This document shows positions 1 to 6,342 of a DNA stretch of 18,168 nt, one piece after another. Position 1 is the first letter of the stretch, and the number at the start of each line of letters is the position of its first letter. The stretch is from a candidate division WOR-3 bacterium (lineage in GTDB: Bacteria > Hydrothermota > Tepidihabitantia > Tepidihabitantales > Tepidihabitantaceae). Made by a program: the position numbers and the translations under genes. The stretch lies in NCBI GenBank assembly GCA_965648935.1, contig CBFGIY010000033.1, positions 6,939 to 25,106 of the forward strand, written 5' to 3'. The notes beneath the pieces are model-generated. The model was not told the origin of the DNA and did no database searches. It worked only from the letters and a program-made list of their open reading frames with translations.

Positions 1-1
1 G

Positions 2-190
2 GGTGGGGCCGGGGCCGGGGGCGCCCCCCCCCCCCCCACGACTGCGGCCGCGGTCGCGCAGGAGCGCACCGGCGCGCTCGACCTCGCGCTCGAGCACGTT
101 GACCGCTGGCAGGCCGAGCTTGAGTCAAGAGGCATCAAGCCCGCGACCTGCTCCCCGGTCCTGCTGCCCGACTACACGCGCAAGGACTGA
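2..190 (+). CDS. 3' end of an upstream CDS, partial, product unknown (...AVAQERTGALDLALEHVDRWQAELESRGIKPATCSPVLLPDYTRKD*)
   Basis: Frame 2 is open from the window edge to TGA 188-190 with GC3-rich codons and ends 3 nt before the next start. The first ~37 nt are G/C homopolymer-like and may be unreliable. Confidence 0.5.
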   Translation, partial: GGAGAGGAPPPPTTAAAVAQERTGALDLALEHVDRWQAELESRGIKPATCSPVLLPDYTRKD

Positions 191-193
191 CCA

Positions 194-1279
194 GTGGACT
201 TCACCTTCGGCGAAGACGCGGAAATGGTCCGCCAGACCGCGCACGAGTTTGTCCGGCGCGACCTCGTTCCCAGGGAGCCGGCCTTCCTCAACGCCAAGGA
301 ACCATCGGCCCGGCAGGCGATTGCCGACGAGGCCACCGCGAGTCTGAAGGAGATGGGGATGTTCTCGGCCGGCGTACCCGAGAAGTTCGGCGGCGGCGGC
401 CTCGGCCCCGTCGAAACTTGCTGCCTTGCCGAAGAACTCGGCACGACCATCATACCGGTCCGGTGGGGCGAGCCGACCCCGATACTGTATGAAGCCGGGC
501 CCGCGCTCAAAGCTGACTACCTCGACCCGGTCGTGGCCGGCGACAAGAGCTACGCTGTCGCATTCCGCGAACCTCTCCCCTTCGTGCGGCCCGACGAGAT
601 GCGCACCACCGCCGAATCGACGGAATCAGGCTGGCGACTCAGCGGCGCGAAACTGCTCGCGCGCGCCGACTTTGACTTCCTCCTCGTATTCGCCCGCGCC
701 CCGCAGGGCCCGACCTGCTTCGTTATCGACCGCGATACCCCGGGCGCGAGCCTGCATACCGAGGCCGAGCGCATCCGGCTCGAGATGAAGGACTGCGCGG
801 TTCCGGCCGACCGCGTCATCGGTGAACCCGGCAAGGCAATCGGGCTGGGGCGCGAGTGGCACGCGCTTGCGCGCATCATCCGCGCCGCCCACATTCTCGG
901 CACCTGTGACCGCCTCGTCGAAGTCACGGCACAGTATGCCCACGACTGGACCTCGATGGGCCGGGTCATCTCCGAGCGCCGCGCGGTCCAGCGCACGCTC
1001 GCCGAACTCGCCGCCGACACCGACGCGCTCCGCTGGGCCGTGTACCACGCGGCCTGGCACCTCGCCCAGGGCAAGAAGGCCGAATACGAGTCGATGCTCG
1101 TCAAACTTCAGGCCGCGCGGGTGCTCTCCGACGCGATCAACCGTTCGGTACGCATCCACGGCGGCACAATTCCGCCACTCCAGCAGTGGCTCGTCCGGGC
1201 GCGCGCGGCCGACGATTCTTTCGACCCTCTCCGCCTCGCAGTGGCCCGCGAGACAATGTCGCGCGCCATCCCGCACTAG
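194..1279 (+). CDS. Acyl-CoA dehydrogenase family protein, divergent and possibly non-catalytic
   Basis: ACAD hallmarks MDFTFGEDAEMVRQTAHEF, GVPEKFGGGGLG, EELG, WRLSGAK, SMGRVISERRAVQ, IHGG. GTG start preceded by AAGGA. Confidence 0.9.
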   Translation: MDFTFGEDAEMVRQTAHEFVRRDLVPREPAFLNAKEPSARQAIADEATASLKEMGMFSAGVPEKFGGGGLGPVETCCLAEELGTTIIPVRWGEPTPILYEAGPALKADYLDPVVAGDKSYAVAFREPLPFVRPDEMRTTAESTESGWRLSGAKLLARADFDFLLVFARAPQGPTCFVIDRDTPGASLHTEAERIRLEMKDCAVPADRVIGEPGKAIGLGREWHALARIIRAAHILGTCDRLVEVTAQYAHDWTSMGRVISERRAVQRTLAELAADTDALRWAVYHAAWHLAQGKKAEYESMLVKLQAARVLSDAINRSVRIHGGTIPPLQQWLVRARAADDSFDPLRLAVARETMSRAIPH

Positions 1280-1638
1280 CGCTCTGCCCCGCGCCATCTC
1301 CAACCAGCAACGCCGGGAGCGGACAAACGCACCGAACAGGCTCATCTGTACACCGCCCCCTGGGCGGGGGAATCGAATCTGGCAACAGCGGCGTAACCTA
1401 CGACCCATCAATCGGATATGGCCGGTTACCTCCAAACCACATACTGTAACCGTTGTTATAGTTCTGGCAGACGCACTGAGAGCTGCCTGAACTCAGAGAC
1501 CTGACTTTGTCACACAAACCCAACGTCAGCCACACCCAATGCCTTCGTCTCGCGCAGACCCGCCCCTCGTTCAGTCTTGACAACCCGAACAGGCAGCAAC
1601 GGAATCTCTTCAGAGTCCAGAATGCATCAGGAGGCTAG

Positions 1639-2271
1639 ATGCGCAGACTGCTCGCTGTCCTCGCCCTTGCCGGAGTCGCGCTGGCCGCGACCCAGCCCTG
1701 TACCGATGGCTGTACCCTCACCGGCACCGCCTCGATATCGGGCACGATCACCGATTCGCTGACCGGCCTGCCGATCGACAGCGCCAAAGTAAGCGCCGGA
1801 TGCTGCGGCGGCCGCTACGCCTACACCAACGCCGACGGCAACTACACCATCGACGGCCTTGCCGCAGGCAGCTACATGGTGAAGGCGACCAAGATGGGCG
1901 CTTACTACCCGAAGTCCTACCCCGGCCGCGTGCAGGTCGAGGAAGGCCAGGCCGTGACCGGCATCGACATCGCCCTGTCGCCGATGGGCGGCGGCGGCAG
2001 CGGATCCATCTCCGGCGTCGTTTACGACAAGTCAACCAGCCAGCCCCTGATCGAAGCCAGGGTGATGGTCGGATGCCACCGCTACGTGCTCACCAATGAA
2101 CGCGGCGAGTACGTGCTCGGCGGTCTGGCCGACGGCTCGTACCAGCCCAAGGCGGCCAAGTCCGGCTACTGCTCGGCGACGTGGCCCGACCCGATACTGA
2201 TATCAGGCGGCAACGCGGTCACCGGCATCGACTTCTACCTGCAACCCCGCTCGACCCTGGCCGTCGACTAA
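1639..2271 (+). CDS. Secreted protein with two tandem carboxypeptidase-regulatory-like (CarboxypepD_reg) beta-sandwich domains
   Basis: AGGAGG at 1629-1634 and signal peptide MRRLLAVLALAGVALA. Two homologous repeats, ISGTITDSLTGLPI..TNADGNYTIDGLAAGSY..TGIDIALSP and ISGVVYDKSTSQPL..TNERGEYVLGGLADGSY..TGIDFYLQP, joined by a Gly/Ser linker. Confidence 0.88.
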   Translation: MRRLLAVLALAGVALAATQPCTDGCTLTGTASISGTITDSLTGLPIDSAKVSAGCCGGRYAYTNADGNYTIDGLAAGSYMVKATKMGAYYPKSYPGRVQVEEGQAVTGIDIALSPMGGGGSGSISGVVYDKSTSQPLIEARVMVGCHRYVLTNERGEYVLGGLADGSYQPKAAKSGYCSATWPDPILISGGNAVTGIDFYLQPRSTLAVD

Positions 2272-2289
2272 CCCACCTCTGACAGCATT

Positions 2290-2316
2290 GCGCGCCTCCC
2301 GCAGCGGGAGGCGCGC
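2290..2316. terminator. Perfect 12-bp hairpin, probable terminator between convergent units
   Basis: GCGCGCCTCCCG-cag-CGGGAGGCGCGC, shortly after the stop at 2271. The U-tail is weak (cgcttt). Confidence 0.65.
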
Positions 2317-2335
2317 CGCTTTGCGGGCCAATCTG

Positions 2336-2479
2336 CTATCGCGCGATGACAACCTTCTCGCTCGACCACTGGGCTGCTTGACCGCTGGAGAGTTCTCTCA
2401 CGAAGTACACCCCCGGCGCAAGACGGCTCAATTCGTTCGGGCCGGCCTTCAAGTCCATCGCCTTGCGCCCGGTCCGCAT
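2336..2479 (-). pseudogene. Orphan remnant of a T9SS type A C-terminal sorting domain
   Basis: Translates (M)RTGRKAMDLKAGPNELSRLAPGVYFVRELSSGQAAQWSSEKVVIAR*, matching the CTD pattern D-x-[ST]GR..L..GVY..KVV. No signal peptide or cargo domain; upstream DNA is the promoter and CDS of the divergent Fe-S gene. Confidence 0.7.
2358..2389 (-). repeat. Four degenerate 8-nt tandem units inside the orphan CTD
   Basis: Minus strand reads TCCAGCGG TCAAGCAG CCCAGTGG TCGAGCGA. Confidence 0.55.
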
Positions 2480-2480
2480 C

Positions 2481-2508
2481 TTGACTTCGCGCCGGCCCGT
2501 CCTAGAAT
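2481..2508 (+). promoter_or_regulatory. Sigma70-type promoter, probably producing a leaderless mRNA
   Basis: TTGACT (2481-2486)-N16-TAGAAT (2503-2508). ATG at 2517 with no SD. Confidence 0.7.
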
Positions 2509-2516
2509 GCCCTTCC

Positions 2517-3626
2517 ATGCCCACAGAAACCCACAACATGCGCGCCTGCATCCAGTGCGGCCGCTGCTCGGGCGGCTGCCCGGTCTCGATCAAGTCCAAC
2601 CTGAACGTGCGCCGGCTCGTGTACCTGTCGCTCAACGACATCCGCGATCCGGACTGCGCCGAGGGCGCCGGCATCTGGGAGTGCACGACCTGCACGACCT
2701 GCAACGACCGCTGTCCCAAGTCGGTGCGCCCGGCCGACCTCGTCGTCGAACTGCGCTCCAGAGTCATCGAGGCGGGCCGGATGAGCGAGCCGGTCATCAA
2801 GGCGCTGGAAAGCACCTACGTGCAGGGCAACCCGTGGGGCCGCGCGCGCGAGAAAAGGCTGGACTGGCTCGAGGGCATGGAAGTGAAGACCCTGCAGCCC
2901 GGCGACGCGGCCGACGTGCTGCTGTTTGTCTGCTGTACGAACTGCTATGACCAGCGCTGCCAGCCCGTGGCCCGCGCCATCGTCAAGCTGCTGCAGGCCG
3001 CCGGCGTCGACTTCGGCATCATCGGCGAGGACGAGACCTGCTGTTCGAGCGAGCAGCTCAGGATGGGCGAGGCCGGCCTGTTTGAAGAGCTGGCCAGGAC
3101 CAATACCGAGGCCATCAACGGCCGCGCCGTGACCCGCGTCGTGACGGTCTCCCCCCACTGCCTGACCGCGTTCCGGCGCGACTACCCCGGGCTCAAACTG
3201 CCGGTGCTGCACTACACCCAGCTGCTATCCGAGCTGCTTGACTCGGGCAGGCTCAAGTTCTCCCGCACCCTCGACGAGACCGTCACATACCACGACCCCT
3301 GCTACCTCGGCAAGCAGAACAAGATATTCGAGCCGCCGCGCGCGCTGCTGCGCGCCATCGCCGGCGACCGCTTCGTCGAACTCGACCGCTCGCGCGAAAC
3401 CAGCCTGTGCTGCGAGGGCGGCGGCGGCCGGATGTGGGCCGAGTCCGAGTTCAAGGGCCGGCTGGCCGAGGTGCGCGTGCGCGACTCGCTCGAGCGCGGC
3501 GCGAGCGTGCTGGCCACGGCCTGCCCGTTCTGTCTCCTCACCCTCGAAGACGCGGTCAAGACCACGAACTCGGACGAGCGCATCCGCATCCGCGACGTCG
3601 CCGAACTGCTGGTTGACGCGCTCTAG
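2517..3626 (+). CDS. (Fe-S)-binding oxidoreductase, HdrD/GlpC family (4Fe-4S dicluster plus two CCG domains)
   Basis: CIQCGRCSGGCP and CTTCTTCNDRCP ferredoxin motifs; GNPWG; CCG motifs ETCCSS, SPHC, YHDPCYLG, SLCCEGGGG, TACPFC. Start moved from TTG 2463 to ATG 2517 because the promoter lies between them. Confidence 0.92.
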   Translation: MPTETHNMRACIQCGRCSGGCPVSIKSNLNVRRLVYLSLNDIRDPDCAEGAGIWECTTCTTCNDRCPKSVRPADLVVELRSRVIEAGRMSEPVIKALESTYVQGNPWGRAREKRLDWLEGMEVKTLQPGDAADVLLFVCCTNCYDQRCQPVARAIVKLLQAAGVDFGIIGEDETCCSSEQLRMGEAGLFEELARTNTEAINGRAVTRVVTVSPHCLTAFRRDYPGLKLPVLHYTQLLSELLDSGRLKFSRTLDETVTYHDPCYLGKQNKIFEPPRALLRAIAGDRFVELDRSRETSLCCEGGGGRMWAESEFKGRLAEVRVRDSLERGASVLATACPFCLLTLEDAVKTTNSDERIRIRDVAELLVDAL

Positions 3627-3647
3627 CTTCCTGCCCGCATCCCGCCG

Positions 3648-5666
3648 GTGAACCGAAGCCGCCGCTGGCTCGTGGTCATACCTGTCCTTCTGGTCGCCCT
3701 GGCCGGTGCGTCGGCGGTCGCGGGCGTCGCATCGCTGCGTTCCGGCCTGCCCAGCGTCGAGGACATCACCTCTTTCCGCGCCCCGGCCTCAACCCGGCTG
3801 CTCGACTGCAAGGGCCGGGTCGTCGCCGACTTCTTTCAGGAGAAGCGCCGGCCCGTGCCGCTGGAGTCCATCCCGGTGCACCTGCGCGAGGCCGTGGTCG
3901 CGGTCGAGGACCGACGGTTCTACTCGCACTGGGGCATCGACCTCGCGCGCCTGCCCGGCATCGCCTGGGGCATGGCCCGCACCGGCGGCAAGGTCAAGGG
4001 AACATCGACGATAACCCAGCAGCTCGCCCGCTCGATATTCCTCACGCCCGAGCGCAGCATCGCCCGCAAGGCCAAGGAGATGCTCGTCGCGGTCGAGCTG
4101 GAGCGGCATTACTCCAAGGACGAAATCCTTGAGATGTACTTCAACCAGGTCTGGTTCGGCGGCTCGGTCTACGGTGTTGAGGCCGCGGCCGAACGCTACT
4201 TCGGCAAGACCGCGGCCGCGCTCGACCCGGTCGAGTGCGCCACCATCGGCGCGATGCTCGCCAACCCGTCGGCCTATTCGCCCTGGCGCCATCCTGACCG
4301 CCTGCTCCAGCGCCGCAACTTCTTTCTCGGCAAGATGCGCAAGCTCGGCCGCATCACCGACGCCCAGTACGCGAAGTACACCGCGGCGCCGCTTTCGGTC
4401 CTGCCCGCCGGCTCTCAGACCAACGAGGCGCCCTACTTCGTCGAGGAAGTCCGGCGCTACCTCGCTGAGCGCTACGGCACCGACTTCGTCTACCGCTCGG
4501 GCTCGGTCGTCCACACAACGCTGGACCTTGACATCCAGCGTGCGGCCAACGCCGCGCTGCTCGACCGGGTAGCCAAGATTGAACGCGACTACGGCCTGAA
4601 GCCGACCAAGGCGCATTACGACTCGCTCGCGGCCAACGACTCGACCATCGGCCCGCCCCGCTACCTGCAGGCCGCCCTTGTTGCGATGGACGTGCGCACC
4701 GGCGCGGTCCGGGCGATGGTCGGCGGCCGCGATTACCGCGCGAGCGAGTTCAACCGCGCGACCCAGGCCCGGCGCCAGGCCGGCTCGACCTTCAAGCCGT
4801 TTGTCTGGGCCGCGGCGGTCGACAACGGGATGACCGCGGCCGACATCGAAGCCGACTCGGCCATCTCCATCACCATCCCGGGCCAGCCCGTGTACCAGCC
4901 GCGCAACTTCGACGGCAAGCACCTCGGACTCATCTCCCTGCGCCGGGCTCTCGCCCTGTCGCGCAATCTCGTGTCGGTGCGGCTCATCCAGAAGCTCGGA
5001 CCGGAGCTGGTCGTGCGCTACGCCCACCTGCTCGGCATCACCTCGAACCTGAAGCCGGTCTACTCGCTCGCGCTCGGCTCGGTCGAGGTAACACTGCTGG
5101 AGATGGTCCGGGCTTTCAACACCTTCGCCAGCGGCGGCGTGCGGGTCGAGCCGCTGCTCGTGACGCGCGTCGAGGACAGCCGCGGCACGATTCTCGAACA
5201 GCATCGCTTCGAGACACAGCCCGTGCTCCGGCCCACGGTCGCCTACATCCTCACCAGCATGATGCAGAGCGTGGTCAACGAGGGAACGGGCACCGCCGTG
5301 CGCTCGGTCGGCTACTGGGGTCCGGCCGCGGGCAAGACCGGCACGACTGACGACTACACCGACATCTGGTTCATCGGCTTCACCCCGGAAATCACCTGCG
5401 GGGTCTGGCTCGGGTTCGATCAGAAACGCACCATCTACCGCGGCGCGACCGGCGGCGGCGGCGCGGCCCCGGTCTGGGGCGAGTTCGTCAAGAACCTCGA
5501 GCCGGACTCGCTGGGGCAGGACAGCTTCCCGCGGCCCGACTCGATAGTGACCGCGCCGGTCTGCGAGCTGACCGGTATGCTGGCCCGGCCCTCGTGCCCG
5601 CGCGTGCGCTACGAGGTCTTCATTCTCGGCACCGAACCGACGCAGCAGTGCCGCGTCCATCCCTGA
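3648..5666 (+). CDS. mrcA: Class A penicillin-binding protein (PBP1A family transglycosylase/transpeptidase)
   Basis: N-terminal TM. GT51 motifs EDRRFYSHWGID, GTSTITQQLAR, RKAKE, KDEILEMYFN. Transpeptidase motifs STFK, SRN, KTG. Confidence 0.95.
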   Translation: MNRSRRWLVVIPVLLVALAGASAVAGVASLRSGLPSVEDITSFRAPASTRLLDCKGRVVADFFQEKRRPVPLESIPVHLREAVVAVEDRRFYSHWGIDLARLPGIAWGMARTGGKVKGTSTITQQLARSIFLTPERSIARKAKEMLVAVELERHYSKDEILEMYFNQVWFGGSVYGVEAAAERYFGKTAAALDPVECATIGAMLANPSAYSPWRHPDRLLQRRNFFLGKMRKLGRITDAQYAKYTAAPLSVLPAGSQTNEAPYFVEEVRRYLAERYGTDFVYRSGSVVHTTLDLDIQRAANAALLDRVAKIERDYGLKPTKAHYDSLAANDSTIGPPRYLQAALVAMDVRTGAVRAMVGGRDYRASEFNRATQARRQAGSTFKPFVWAAAVDNGMTAADIEADSAISITIPGQPVYQPRNFDGKHLGLISLRRALALSRNLVSVRLIQKLGPELVVRYAHLLGITSNLKPVYSLALGSVEVTLLEMVRAFNTFASGGVRVEPLLVTRVEDSRGTILEQHRFETQPVLRPTVAYILTSMMQSVVNEGTGTAVRSVGYWGPAAGKTGTTDDYTDIWFIGFTPEITCGVWLGFDQKRTIYRGATGGGGAAPVWGEFVKNLEPDSLGQDSFPRPDSIVTAPVCELTGMLARPSCPRVRYEVFILGTEPTQQCRVHP

Positions 5667-5670
5667 CCGT

Positions 5671-6312
5671 CTGAACCGCGCCCTGCCCGCAGCTCTCCGC
5701 TCGATCTACCATCGCCTGCTGGCCGCTTTCGGACCGCAGCACTGGTGGCCGGCGCGCTCGCCCTTCGAGGTCTGCGTCGGCGCGGTACTTACCCAGAACA
5801 CGGCCTGGCCCAACGTCGAGCGCGCCATCGCCGCGCTTGATGGTGCCGGCCGGCTCGAACCGGACCGGCTTGCTTCGCTGGACGAACCCGAACTTGCCCG
5901 CCTGATCCGCCCGGCCGGCTGCCCCGGCGTCAAGGCCCGCCGCCTGCTCGCTCTGGTCCGCTGGCTCTGCTCATCCGGCGGCGTCGCCGCGCTCGCGCCG
6001 CGACCGACCGGGCCGCTGCGCGCCGAACTCCTCGGCCTGCACGGCATCGGCCCGGAGACCGCCGACTCGATACTGCTCTACGCGCTCGGCCGTCCAAGCT
6101 TCGTCATCGACGCCTACACCCGCCGCATCCTCTCCCGCTACGGGCTCATCCGCGGCGATGAAGCATACCACGATTTGCAGAGGCTCTTCCACTGGAGCCT
6201 GGCGCCCGACGCGGCGCTCTTCAACGAATACCACGCGCTGCTCGTGCGCCTGGCCAAGACCCACTGCCGCGCAGCGGCGCGCTGTGCCGGGTGCCCGATC
6301 GCGGCCGGTTGA
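5671..6312 (+). CDS. Endonuclease III-related HhH-GPD DNA glycosylase (COG2231-like); non-canonical start, CTG 5671 assumed
   Basis: Hand translation of frame 1: LNRALPAALRSIYHRLLAAFGPQHWWPARSPFEVCVGAVLTQNTAWPNVERAI...LIRPAG...KARRL...LLGLHGIGPETADSILLYALGRPSFVIDAYTRRI...FNEYHALLVRLAKTHCRAAARCAGCPIAAG*. Absent from the ORF track because no ATG/GTG/TTG precedes the conserved core. Confidence 0.88.
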   Translation: MNRALPAALRSIYHRLLAAFGPQHWWPARSPFEVCVGAVLTQNTAWPNVERAIAALDGAGRLEPDRLASLDEPELARLIRPAGCPGVKARRLLALVRWLCSSGGVAALAPRPTGPLRAELLGLHGIGPETADSILLYALGRPSFVIDAYTRRILSRYGLIRGDEAYHDLQRLFHWSLAPDAALFNEYHALLVRLAKTHCRAAARCAGCPIAAG

Positions 6313-6336
6313 CTTGGCCGCGATCGTTCCTAACAT
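6309..6336 (+). promoter_or_regulatory. Sigma70-type promoter for lptD-maf, probably leaderless
   Basis: TTGACT (6309-6314)-N16-TAACAT (6331-6336). GTG start at 6343 follows the -10 box after a 6-nt gap, with no SD. Confidence 0.6.
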
Positions 6337-6342
6337 TCGACG

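Noticed and set aside
1..37. G-runs and a 14-C homopolymer (possible G-quadruplex or phase-variable tract)
   Set aside because: It is at the extreme window edge and looks like low-quality contig-end sequence; it cannot be interpreted without reads.
1337..1348. 12-mer CAGGCTCATCTG shared with 17252-17263
   Set aside because: Several exact 12-mer matches are expected by chance in 18 kb, and the flanks do not align.
1577..1605. TTGACA upstream of the CarboxypepD_reg gene as a promoter
   Set aside because: The -35 is perfect but the correctly spaced -10 (CGGAAT) is poor, so it is too weak to list as a feature.
2260..2500. Invertible switch that would fuse the orphan CTD to the upstream secreted gene
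   Set aside because: I found no flanking inverted repeats and no recombinase in the window.
2336..2815. 159-aa minus-strand ORF as a full gene
   Set aside because: Its N-terminal two-thirds is antisense to the Fe-S gene and its promoter; only the last ~47 codons are CTD-like.
3789..5660. 623-aa antisense ORF, and similar long shadow ORFs at 11581-13725, 13805-14965 and 626-1435
   Set aside because: These are stop-poor antisense frames of well-supported genes in high-GC DNA, with no recognisable motifs.
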